This document shows, piece after piece, positions 1-11,749 of a stretch of 64,000 bases of DNA. Positions within the stretch are counted from its first letter, which is position 1. Each line of letters begins with the position of its first letter. The translations under genes were made by a program, and so were the position numbers. The stretch is from Felis catus (lineage: Eukaryota). The notes under the pieces were generated by a model. The model saw nothing but the letters and a program-made list of their open reading frames with translations, did no database searches and was not told where the DNA came from. The stretch spans positions 197,348,001 to 197,412,000 of the forward strand of contig NC_058368.1 in the NCBI RefSeq assembly GCF_018350175.1, read 5' to 3'.

Positions 1-303
1 TTACATAATGTAATTCTACTTATATAAAAATAGTTACTTCCAAACTCACGGAGAGGAAAAAGGATTCAGAGTTAATACACAAGGGTGTTAACATCGATGA
101 TCTCTAGGAGGGGGGATTGTGGATGATTTTTGTTTTTGTGTAATTTGGTTTTTCTGTCAGCTTTATGAAAATACTCATTAGACATAGATTCACAATCAAA
201 GTTTCTTTCAAGGTGCCTTCTATTATCTATCCTTCCCCTTCCCTTATACACCTTTTTTTTTTTTTTAACACAAAAGGTATTCTTTGCACCTTGCTTTCTT
301 TCT

Positions 304-529
304 TTTTTTTTTTTTATTTTTTTTTCAACGTTTATTTATTTTTGGGACAGAGAGAGACAGAGCATGAACGGGGGAGGGGCAGAGAGAGAGGGAGACACAG
401 AATCGGAAACAGGCTCCAGGCTCTGAGCCATCAGCCCAGAGCCCGACACGGGGCTCGAACTCCCGGACCACGAGATCGTGACCTGGCTGAAGTCGGATGC
501 TTAACCGACTGCGCCACCCAGGCGCCCCA
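304..529 (-). mobile_element. Young feline Can-SINE (SINEC_Fc type)
   Basis: Poly-T, (AG)n, tRNA-derived head ending ggcgcccc; perfect TSD caccttgctttctttct (287-303, 530-546). Confidence 0.95.
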
Positions 530-599
530 CACCTTGCTTTCTTTCTGTTGTGGCTGTTCCATCTAGCAGCATATATTTGGAGCTGTGTCAGAGCACCAA

Positions 600-780
600 G
601 AATTTCCTCATTCTTTTTTATGGCTGAGTAATATCATAATATTCCATTGCATGGATGATCATAATTCACCAGTCTCCTATTGATGGATATTTAGGTTGTT
701 TCCTTTTTTCTTTTTTTTTTGGTGATATAAAAACAAATCAATGCCACAATCAAGAAATTCATACGAAGCATTTTGCGTGT
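600..780 (-). mobile_element. Old L1 3' fragment (L1M-type)
   Basis: ctcattctttttatggctgagta...ttccattg...cctattgatggatatttaggttgtttcc is typical antisense L1 3' sequence. Confidence 0.6.
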
Positions 781-795
781 CTATGAGATCATTAA

Positions 796-1035
<240 letters not shown>

Positions 1036-1539
1036 TGATAACTGAAAGAGGTTAGAGCCCTAACGTGGATGGTTAACTTTTGAAATGTCACAAACTACCT
1101 GGAACTAAATCTAAAGCAAATATTGACTACTACCCTCAAATGCTGTGTGCATTTCAGGAAGAGACTACTTTCTCAGATAATCAAGCAACTGGCAGGAAGT
1201 TCTTAGTGATCTACTAAATTCAAAGGACTGGGAAGGATACAGATTGATGGTTTCGAAAAAAAAAAGGAAACCAGTCTTCAGTAAGATCAGAGTAGCTGCT
1301 CAGAATAGTAAAGCTCTGGATACTGTAGCCCACGTTTTTGGAAAAGGGTCAAAGAAAGGGATGGGAAGTTGTCTGCTAAAGGGGACTCAGATTGCAGGGT
1401 TTTCTAGGAAATGACCTTGCGGAGGGAGGGAGGGGTCAAGATGGTTCTTGGCTAGAAGGTATAGCTTCTCTCGTAGTCATGGCGACTTTCTGTTCTCCAT
1501 ACTGTGCATCTCCTGTGATCATTTAGAGACCTGCCTCCA

Positions 1540-1930
1540 GTTTAAAGTGTACTCCGTGGACCAGCAGCATTGGCCTCATGTAGAGCTTGCTAGAAAAGTG
1601 GAATCCCAGCACCCATCCCAGACCAACTGGCCCAGCATCTGTATTTTATTTTTTTTTTAAATTTTTTCAACGTTTTTTATTTATTTTTGGGACAGAGAGA
1701 GACAGAGCATGAACGGGGGAGGGGCAGAGAGAGAGGGAGACACAGAATCGGAAACAGGCTCCAGGCTCCGAGCCATCAGCCCAGAGCCCGACGCGGGGCT
1801 CGAACTCACGGACCGTGAGATCGTGACCTGGCTGAAGTCAGACGCTTAACCGACTGCGCCACCCAGGCGCCCAAGCATCTGTATTTTAATATGATCCCCA
1901 GGTGATTTATGTGCAATTAAAGTACAAGGT
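1540..1930 (+). mobile_element. MER5A-like hAT-Charlie element split by a SINE
   Basis: ggaccagcagcatt...cttgctagaaa...cccagacc / atctgtattttaa...ccccaggtgattt...gca resembles MER5A. Confidence 0.7.
1649..1872 (-). mobile_element. Young feline Can-SINE
   Basis: Full-length; TSD agcatctgtatttta (1634-1648, 1874-1888). Confidence 0.95.
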
Positions 1931-2644
1931 GCACAATTATAGAAAACACACGAGGCCTAAGCAGGTATAATGGAGAGTCAGAATGGAAAAAAAACAGGTT
2001 TTTGCATCTTAAGAAAGAGGCAGTCTCAAACAGAAGCAAAATTTTAACATAAATCATTCACATTTATAGGCATGTGTGAATTATTACCCATAGTTGCAAT
2101 TTGCAGAGTTTCCAGTCTGGTTTTAACAAGGGAGACCATACTGACAATGACTGATGGAGAGGGTCAGAGAAGGGATGTTAAAGAAAATCCTGACTCCTTT
2201 GTGGGTCATGGACAGCCCACCAGCCACTGCATCATCTGGGACATAGAAATTTGAAACTCAAGTCAGGAAAACCTGAAAGGGGGTGGTGACCAGGACCTCC
2301 CAGGGTCCAAATTATGATCTTGGAGATTGCTCCATGGATGTATTAGAAAAAGGTAATTAGGTTTGGTGAGCTCATTGCGCATTTATGGTGACCCAAAACA
2401 TGTTGGAAATGGTAAATATCCTTTAAAAATGACTTGTATTTCCCAACAGATGCTGAGAAGAATCAGTTCACTCTAGAAATTTTCTAGCTACCTCTCTATG
2501 CTCTTCTAATGCCAGTTAAATGGGGTCAGGTTGAGGATGGAAGTCCAAGAAGGAACTTCCAAAAGGAGCTTTCTCAACCTTTCCTGGGCTCAGCTAATGG
2601 CAGAAATCACGTTGTCCAGGAATCTTGTTGGCTTGATTTCTTAG

Positions 2645-2788
2645 GCTATGTATCTGCATGTCTGGAACATCTCCTCTTTGACCATAAGTACTGGCTCAAC
2701 TGCAGATTGGTGGAAGATACAGAGATCCAAGTTTCCGTGGATGAGAAACACCTGGAAACAATATACCTGGGACTTCTGATACAGGAAG
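2645..2788 (+). CDS. SH3TC2: SH3TC2 exon 5
   Basis: atttcttag|GC...GAAG|gtgagc; [47 protein letters not shown]. Confidence 0.95.
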
Positions 2789-2989
2789 GTGAGCTTGGAG
2801 TGGGGTGGAATGGGCTTTTATGTGGATATTTATTATCAGCATCCCTGAAGTAATTAGGATACACAGAGAGGCAAAAATCATTCAAAGGTGAGAATATTCA
2901 TAAAGAACCCACCTGTTATAATATTACTCCAAACATGTCTCTTGGTTTGACACTGACATCCCATGAACAGCTATATTTGTCAGTCTCAC

Positions 2990-3148
2990 TGATTTTCTGG
3001 TGTTAGAACCACTTGGGGAATTTTTAGAAGACGCCTATGCCAGGGCTCCACCAGGGCCAATTAAATCTCCAGAGGTAGGAGCCAGGCTTTGGTATTTTTT
3101 GAAAGTTGCCCAGACAACACTAATGTGCATCCGAGAGTAAGAACCCCT
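2990..3148. mobile_element. MER5-family DNA transposon
   Basis: tagaaccacttgggga...atgccagggctcca...ggtattttttgaaag...taatgtgcatcc...agaacc resembles MER5A1. Confidence 0.55.
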
Positions 3149-3841
3149 TTTTAAAATATATATGATTGGATTGTGAAATAAAATTGCAGATCTTACAAAT
3201 CCCGCAAGATTCTATGAAATTGAGGAAAATGGTGTCAGGGAACTTCTTGGATCACCGGCTGATCTGTTTACAAGGAGGAATCTGAGCAGGGCTACAGCCA
3301 ATCAGTTAACAACTGATGACGTCACAGACACAGTGAAAAAGCCAGATTTGCATAGAATCTTTTGCAAAATGATGCTGTTTATGATTGCATTGCACAAATC
3401 ACAATGGAAGGAAAGAATGTCATACTGTGCTACTGTAAAATCTAGTTGCAGAAATTATATTCGCCCAAATCAACTTATTCTTTTCTGGTCCTCAGGTTAA
3501 GCAGAAGCTTGCAATTGTAACTGAAATTCCGTTAAATGTATTTTCATTAATTTTTGGTTCATTTTTTTTTTCAAGGCAAAGTCCCAATTAAACCTGATTC
3601 TCACAAATTACTCAGAGCTTATGGTGTCTAATTTAAGTGCCTTCCCTCTCAGTGGCTTTTTTTTCCCCCCTGGTACAATTCTTCTGGGATGCCAAAGTCT
3701 CTCTGGGATGGCTCTCCCTTGGGTGTGTCCTTGACTCCCAGGAAGAAAAGTATTTCGGCTTCTGTTAGAAATGTTACATTGTGTGATAATCCCTTTTCAC
3801 TTCCTTCTACTCCTTGGAGGGGCTTTTCTCACTATCTACAG

Positions 3842-4043
3842 GCCACTTCTTCTGCAGAGCCGTGTGCTCTGTGGCTCAGCCGCCTGAGAAGGAAGGGGAG
3901 TATCTGACACTTTGGAAGAAGGAGTTAATCTCCGTGAAAATAGTTGAAGGCGGATCCGAGTGGGAGGGCGTGTCCCTGGTGACTGGTCAGCGGGGCCTGG
4001 TGCCCGTGTCAGCCCTGGAACCTCTGCCGCTCCCTTTCCACCA
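3842..4043 (+). CDS. SH3TC2: SH3TC2 exon 6 (first SH3 domain)
   Basis: atctacag|GC...CA|gtgagt; [66 protein letters not shown]. Confidence 0.95.
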
Positions 4044-4289
4044 GTGAGTAGCCACCTACATCTTGGGAGTGGGTCCCAGAGCAGAACTGAGGTCTGCACG
4101 GAACAGAGGAGACATGGTTGCCCATATGGGCATCTATGGTGCCAGCGTGGGAAGAAAACCTGGATGGTTTTTTGTCTTTTGTCATTTTTTTTAACGGTCA
4201 AAATTTGCACAGCTTGATGAAACTGGAGACAACTCAAAATTTCAGATGGACATTGTACCTAAGAGGAAACCTACTGCCTGATCTCCAAA

Positions 4290-4475
4290 TGCAATGTTTC
4301 TCAATGTGGGGACTGGGGACCATTTGTATCAGAATCATCTGGGGATTTACTATAAATTCAGTGCCCCCCTGGCCATCTTCAGACTCTATTAGGATTAGAT
4401 TCAGGAATTTGCATTTTATATAAGCTCCCTTTGAACATAAGAGGATGTGTTCCATACTAAAGTTTGAAAATCCCT
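4290..4475. mobile_element. MER5-family DNA transposon
   Basis: tttctcaatgtgggg...atcagaatcatctgggg...caggaatttgcattttatataagctcc...ctaaagtttgaaaa. Confidence 0.6.
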
Positions 4476-4821
4476 GCCGGGAGATTGTCACATACCGAGT
4501 GACAATATGCCTGATCCCAGGCTGTGGACCCTGTGGCTGGCTCTGGCAGAGAATTTGACAGTGATAATGGAAAGGGATCCCTTGTTAGTTATTTCACTGG
4601 CCAACTAATCGCAGAGCCAAAAAAATCATCCCAGGCCTGCTGAATTCCTCTCCTTTTCACAGTGCCTAAATGCCCAATAAATGTCGGTCATCATTATAAT
4701 AGGAATAATAACCATGATACTTACCCATTATCACCCTCATTGTTATTTTAACGGACTATTCTGCTCGCTGTTGTCAGTTTTTTGAAATCTGTGTTTGCAA
4801 ACCCCTCGTTTCCATTGGCAG

Positions 4822-4895
4822 GTGGTTCCTAAAGAACTATCCAGGAAGCTGTGGCTTTTCCAGGAAGAGGGATTGGACAGGCTCCTATCAGATCG
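4822..4895 (+). CDS. SH3TC2: SH3TC2 exon 7
   Basis: cattggcag|G...ATCG|gtatgg; [24 protein letters not shown]. Confidence 0.94.
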
Positions 4896-5309
4896 GTATG
4901 GCTGAGTTGAAGATGGTATTGTCGGGGAGATCATATCGCCCTGCCTCCTAATTTTATCTGCAAGTTTGGAGTCCATTGATGGCCATTCCTGTTTAGCCTC
5001 TGCTGCTCCCTGGACTTGGAGAAAGTGGTTGCTGTCTATAACCTGGGTTTCGTTGCCTGTGAAATGAGAAGTCTCAACCCAGGGCTATTGATACAAATGC
5101 TCCCAGGGGCAGAGAGGGCCTGAATGGGAGAGGTAGGGGAGTGGTAGGGACCATAGGGATTTAAAGACATATGGGTGAATAAGCAGCCTGGTGTGGGCCA
5201 CATGTGGGCCGCAGGCTGCCTGTTCTCAATCTCTGGTCAAAACGTTTTTCCAATTTCCCTTAAAGTTAGGTGAAATGGGTCTTGAATGTAGGAAGAGTCA
5301 GAATGCCTG

Positions 5310-5465
5310 GCACACAATGGATATACTCAGTAGATATTTGTTGAATAGAGAAATATTTACATATATATAATATTATGTATTATGTATGCACACAATGGAT
5401 ACACTCAGTAAATATTTGTTGAATAGAGAAATATTTACATATATATAATATTATGTATTATGTAT
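5310..5465. repeat. 78-bp tandem duplication of an L2 3' end plus AT tail
   Basis: 5310-5387 and 5388-5465 differ at only 2 positions. Confidence 0.9.
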
Positions 5466-7165
5466 ATATGCGTATATTCTAGGTAATCTCTGTACGCATG
5501 TGTATGGATGTGAGTACACATAAATACACATACACACATGTAGCTATAAGTATATGTGTATCTACTGGAAATGAACTGTAATGTTTTCTAAGTGTCTGAA
5601 ATATAATTCCGTTCATCTTCACCCTTAACGTCCCTCCCCACTACCAACCAACTTAGCCCAAGTGCAATTTTATAAGCTCTGAGCTCCAATGACACTTTAT
5701 TTTTTTTTCCCCAAATAGCACTTTATAAAAAGAAATGCAGGGAATTATGGACCCCAGACATCAGATCTAATCAATCAGTTGACCATAAGTAAGATTTTCA
5801 GCTATCTGAGGCAGTACAAGCATTTCCTGGAGTTATGAATACAGGGCTGTGACGTCTGCTCTGGATTCAGATTCTGACACCACAACTTAAGACCAGCGTG
5901 ATCTCCGTCGGTTCACAAGCTTACTGTGCCCCAAGTTCCTAATGAGTAAAATGTTACCATAAAACTGACTTCGAATATCATGAGAAATCCACCAAAGGAC
6001 ATCTGAAAATCTCTTAGTATGGTTTTTGCGCGCTGCAGGTGTTTAACACACTACAGATCCCATCAACCCACGAAGTGGTGGGAATTTCTGACCTTGAACA
6101 CACAGCCGATAATAACTTGATCAAAAATGTCAGGGGACAAAAAAAAAAAAGCCAGTAGCTTCAGCAGAACAGCTAACACAAATACCGAAACTAAGACACA
6201 CAAAAACCATGGTTCCAAGCAAAGCAGGATTAGTGGAAAGAAGTGTTAACCAGAAGCTGAGAGACTGACTTCCTTGGACAAATCACATACCTTCTCTGTG
6301 CTTCCCCCTTTTAACCTATAAAAAGGGGATTCTGATCCCCTTGGGACTCTGGGGAGGATCTGAGAAAATGGGCTTAAACGTACTTTGTAAACTGGACGGT
6401 ACGGAGCTTATGTATATGTCATTACTAGATCTTAGCTGGGAAACTCATCAAGCTGAGTAATGACCATCGTCAGAAGGGAAGTCTTCCAAATCCCTCTGGG
6501 TCCTGAGTGGTTTTCTGTTCACCGGTGGCACGAGGCTAACATTTATGGAGGGTTGATTAGGTACCAGGCATTGTGCATGTAATCGCTTTGGCTTTTCTAA
6601 TATTTATGAGGCAAGCATTCTTATTATTCCCATTGTAATAATGGGGAATAATGGGGAATAATTGGGGAAATCGAGGCTCATAGTGGCCAAAGGAGTTGGA
6701 AGGAAATGGAGAGATCCCACAATGTTTTTCACACTGGTCTGTCAATTTGTGCTAAGCATCATAAAGTATTTATGTGATAATGGCAAATCAGACATAGTAG
6801 GACAATATAGGAAACTTTTCAGCTTGCCATGAGTGAACTTTATTCAGTTTTAGCGTATATCCAGTATTCTGAGGTGCTCTTTCCTGCATTTGTTAATACA
6901 TCATTTCTTTTGTAAAGCGAAGGTGACAGTGGATGGTAGCTCCTTTCTTTGAATGTCCGAGTTTGGCAAAGTTAAGAGCCAGTTACCCTGTGTCATTCCT
7001 CCCAATTTCTTTTTCTTTTTCTTTTTTTTTTGGTGGAGGGGGGGTGTGGTAGGGAGATGATTTTACTGGTCCTTGAAATTCTAAATTCTGGGGACCCTTC
7101 ATTTCATAGTATGTTGGAAGCAGTTTCTGCCTTATTTAGTTGACATGGATGTTATCTCCCCACAG

Positions 7166-7361
7166 GCAGAGGAAAATGTAAGGCCTGGAAAGAATATGAG
7201 AGGGAAGAAAAGGATGAGTTGAATTTTCACCAGGGAGAAAGCATCGAGATCATCGGCTTTGTCATACCTGGGCTTCAGTGGTTCATTGGAAAGTCGACAC
7301 GCTCAGGAGAAGTGGGCTTTGTCCCCACCAGGAACATAGATCCTGAGTCTTACTCCCCAAT
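7166..7361 (+). CDS. SH3TC2: SH3TC2 exon 8 (second SH3 domain)
   Basis: ccccacag|GC...AT|gtgagt; [64 protein letters not shown], with SH3 EL-F, W and G-VP motifs. Confidence 0.95.
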
Positions 7362-10247
7362 GTGAGTATGGCAGACAGGCCCTCTGGGATCCTGGAGATG
7401 GGCGCCTTCCCAGTGGCCCCACCCCATCCTGAACGGGATGGAGATGAGCTCCGGGGTTCCCCTGGCAAGACAGAGCCGGAAGAGCGCATTCTGACCACCA
7501 AAGCTGTCCCCAGGGCTGATGGGAAGGGGAGGATGAGTGATCAAGGAATGAGTCAGGTCTGTTCCGTTCAGCAGATGGTCATGAAAGCCTTCCTGTAAGG
7601 AGAGAAGCACGGCCCCAAGGTGAAGGGCCTGCTGTCATCCCTGCAGGTGCGGTGTTGGTCCTTGTATTCTGCCACTTACCCATCCAATCAAGGGGCCCCA
7701 TTAGGGAAGGGCTCGCAAAGGGACCTATAGATTACAGCTTAGGGAAAGGAGAGATCCTCCCATGGAGGTTTACCTGCTGAAAGCTAATTGTGTGGCAGCA
7801 GTGTTGGCCATGATGGTAGAGTGCATCTTATACTCGTTTCTGCCTGGAGTCTAGAGGGCTGGTTCTGAGAAGCAGATCGTGTGACCGATGAGCAGCAGGA
7901 ATATTGACCAGTCTCCCTGGGTTGGCCTTCTTGCATGAGGATAAGAAACAGTAGGAAGTCTGGGCCCAGAAAGTACCCGAAGGAACAGAGTTGGCTGCCA
8001 CATTGAGACACAGGGGAAACGTGGCTCAAGGATTATCGAAGGCCCTGAACACTCGGACTGGAATCCCTTCCCTTGTATGAAAGAGCCACCGAAGAGAGTG
8101 GAAGACAGGCAAAATCTCCTTCTAAGCCCTGACTTTTATAGAGAGAAGAGACAGAAGGTCGTTTTCCCTGCACAGAAATGTGGGAATCCAAGTGAGTCTA
8201 ATCAAGGAAGAGACTCACTGAGCCCCTAAAGGATTATGGAGCGAATGGGAACTTATAAGGAGGAAAAGGGTGTTCGGAGAACTCTCATGAAATAGGCAGT
8301 ATTTGAGCCAGCTTTGTATGATGCAAGATATTTCAACTGATGGAAATGGAGAAACGTGAACACAGGTAGGAAAAGTGAGGGAGATGCTTGAGGAATGGCT
8401 CCTGCTCATTGAGAAGCAGGTCATCAGGAGAGCACTGGTGTGGCAAAGACTTGGCGGGGCATGACGTGGCCATGAGGTGGCAGACGGAGAATGCCTGTGC
8501 AGGGGCCTGTGTCCTTTAACTGGCAGAGAACGGGGAGCCAGCGAGTGTCTCTGAGAAAGGGTGACAAATGATGTGCCTGGAACTTCTCTAACCATGGCTT
8601 TGAGCGAGGTGTGCATGGGCAGGGGAGAAGCTCGAGGCAAGAGACCAGTGAGAATGCTGAGGCTGGCACTTAGGAAGGGGTGGAAGGAACGGAGAGCAGA
8701 GGTCACTGCTGTGGACCAGTCAACAGGAATTTAGAGATTCCAAGAGCTTTAGAAATATGGATGCTTGTGTTCTGCCCCCAGAGATTCTATCTCATTGGTG
8801 CAGGTGGGCCCTGGGCAGCCATGGTTATGGAAGTTCCCCAGGTGGGGCTCATGTGCAGCCACAATGAGAACCACTGCTCAAGCCACCCCCTCATTTACCG
8901 CGGGGGCTAGTGAGGACCCTAGGAGTGAAAGGGCTGAACCCAAGGCTCCGCGTCTGGGACCCCAGAATCCTGATGCTAAACCTAGCATTCTTTTTTCAGC
9001 AACACAGTTCTGCAGCTGAGGTCCTGGTAAGAGGGAGAAAGAATAAAGAGCACTGAGATTTGGCGGGGAAGAACAATTTACAGCGCAGAGGAAGAAAGAA
9101 ATGTAGCAAAGGAGACGAAGGAACAAAGGGGCAAGATGAGGCGGAGGGAGGAAGGGAGGTGGGGAGATCATGAACACTGTTGCAGGCTGCAAAGCGGTAA
9201 AGCAGGGCTGCCTGCTGAAAGGCCTTTGGGACTGACCGTTGAGAGGTCACTGGTCACTGAGAGGTCCGTGACCATGGGGAGGTCACTGGTCATCGGGAGG
9301 CAGCATAGCTTGGTAATCAGAATTCCAGAGCCAGACTGCCTGAGAGGCATTTATGGCCATGTGAGCACATTGTGTGTCTCCGCTAGCTTCCCAGCTTCAG
9401 GACCTTGGATGTGTCCATCGGTGTCTCTATGCCTCAGGTTTCTCAACTGTAAAATGCATACAATGTTAGTACTTGCCCATAGGGTTGTCAGGAGTTAACA
9501 TGAGCTAATACTGTACATGTAAAGGACTTGGAATGGTGCGTGGCACAGTGTGTGTGTGTATATGACCAATACGCATTGACTCTCACTAGTGCTGTTACTG
9601 CCATGGGTAATCTTTGAGAAGCAGTTTGAATAAGATGTCGGGGACATGTGTCAGATGTCATACATTATGGGACTTCTGTACCTCGTACCTTGCCCCAAAT
9701 GGCAATAACTTGTACCTCTAAATTAATTTGATTACCACATTTTAGCTGACTTCGTTGGGTCCACTCTCACCATGAAGAACATAACCCCCTGTACTGAAGT
9801 GGTGGCATGAGAAATTCTTCTTGTTTCTAGTGTCTTCTGATGGCCTACCTCGTCACCTGTGGGACCCCATCACTAGAGACTACATATTGGGTAGGGAAGG
9901 GGAAAGTGAGCCAGGAGACAGGGAGAGAGGGAAGAAGGAGTGGGGGAGGGGGGGGAGTGGCTTATCACACCCCCTCTCCCCCCAAAACACTCCCTAGATT
10001 ACAGACCTCCCCAAATCACAGCAATGAGAGTCAAAGTCCATAAACCACCTGGTCACAAGCAACAGTCAGGGTGCAGAGGTCCTGGGAATCATCCTGTGTG
10101 TTATGCAGGTGGTCTGGCCACTGGGTGTCACTCTTAGTCTGTATTCATGTGGTATCAGGTTTCTGAAGAAGGTCTAGCATTTGCTGGTGTCCTTCCTCTT
10201 CCCATAGTCTCCCTCCCTGTGCTAGTATATTACTCCCTAAAGAGTAC

Positions 10248-10375
10248 ATTCATTCATTCATTAATCCATCCATCCATTCATTCATTCATTCATTCATTCA
10301 TCCATCCACCCATCCATCCATCCATCCATCCTCCCTCCCTCCCATCCATACATCATCCATCCATGCATCCATCCA
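10248..10375. repeat. (TTCA/TCCA)n microsatellite
   Basis: cattcattc...catccatcc runs. Confidence 0.85.
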
Positions 10376-10727
10376 ACTGTATTTATTTAACCAAATTGGG
10401 ACAATTAAGAGTGAAATTTCACAGAAGCTGTTTTGTGAGACAGGTTTGGTCTGTGTCTCTGACACATGGGAAAGGGATCCTGTTTTTCCAAGGAGGCAAA
10501 GTTGGGGGTTTCCTTTTTTTAACAGCACATATTTCACTATCAGCTACCTAGTTTCACAGCAACAGCAGCTGGAAAACTGGTTCTTAAAACGTGGGGGCAG
10601 GCATTCTGTCTAAATAGACATGGTATTTGTTTTGGCCAGAGTGCCTTTAGAGATTTAAAAGCGTCTGATGGTGACAGAATGCCAGACCATTCTTTTCTTT
10701 TGATTTTGTGTTTTTAAAGAGTATTTG

Positions 10728-10729
<2 letters not shown>

Positions 10730-10767
<38 letters not shown>
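10730..10767. repeat. (GT)n microsatellite
   Basis: Uninterrupted GT run. Confidence 0.9.
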
Positions 10768-10768
<1 letters not shown>

Positions 10769-10932
10769 GAGGGAAAAATGTCTTTAGATATAACTGAAGA
10801 CCCTTTTGTACTCCTTCTGACTTTTGCCTTCTGGTCCTGATTCTTACCCCAGGGGCAGACTCTATTTGAATTTGATATGCATCCTCCCAGTCCTTATTCT
10901 GATACATTTTAGGAATAGATGTTCACTTGCAA

Positions 10933-10933
<1 letters not shown>

Positions 10934-10964
<31 letters not shown>
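10934..10964. repeat. (AAC)n microsatellite
   Basis: About 10 AAC units. Confidence 0.9.
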
Positions 10965-10965
<1 letters not shown>

Positions 10966-11000
10966 GATACTAGAGTTTTGTGTATTTAGAAATGTATATA

Positions 11001-11221
11001 GGGGCGCCTGGGTGGCGCAGTCGGTTAAGCGTCCGACTTCAGCCAGGTCACCATCTCGCGGTCCGTGAGTTCGAGCCCCGCGTCAGGCTCTGGGCTGATG
11101 GCTCGGAGCCTGGAGCCTGTTTCCGATTCTGTGTCTCCCCCTCTCTCTGCCCCTCCCCCGTTCATGCTCTGTCTCTCTCTGTCCCAAAAATAAATAAACG
11201 TTGAAAAAAAATTAAAAAAAA
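11001..11221 (+). mobile_element. Young feline Can-SINE
   Basis: ggggcgcctgggtggcgcagtcgg head, (CT)n, A tail; TSD agaaatgtatata (10988-11000, 11222-11234). Confidence 0.95.
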
Positions 11222-11515
11222 AGAAATGTATATAAATGGTTTTTTTTTTCTGTAACTGGCCTTTTTTTCAGTTGATAGGGTAAATTTAGGATATTCACAT
11301 TATAGTAGATATAGTTCATTTCACCAAAGTGTTACTTAAAGGAAATGTATACATCGAAATGTGTAAATTAAAAAATAAGCAAAACTGAAAAATTAATGCA
11401 CTCAGTATCAGATAAAAGAACATAAGAGTAAAGCCAGTATTTCATAGTATTAGAAGTTTGAAAAATTCTGTTTCTTACATCCCCTTTTTTATACTTCATA
11501 TTGTTTATCTCTGCC

Positions 11516-11740
11516 TTTTTTTTATTAAAGAATTTTTTAAAAATATTTATTTATTTTTTGTGAGAGAGACAGAGTATGAGTGGGGGAGAGGCAGGGAGAG
11601 AGGGAGACACAGAATCTGAAGCAGTTTCCAGGCTCTGAGCCATCAGCCTAGAGCCCAACTTGGGGCTCAAACACGAACCGTGAGATCATGACCTGAGCCG
11701 AAGTTAGACACTTAACTGACTGAGCCACCCAGGTGTCCCT
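11516..11740 (-). mobile_element. Older Can-SINE
   Basis: Diverged copy ending gagccacccaggtgtccct. Confidence 0.85.
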
Positions 11741-11749
11741 ATAATTCCA

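Noticed and set aside
165..566. Recurrent peptides such as GQRETEHERGRGRERGRHRIG and GAPGWRSRLSVRLQPGH in many ORFs
   Set aside because: Translations of Can-SINE copies, not a gene family
11001..11090. tRNA-like A/B box sequence
   Set aside because: tRNA-derived head of a Can-SINE, not a tRNA gene
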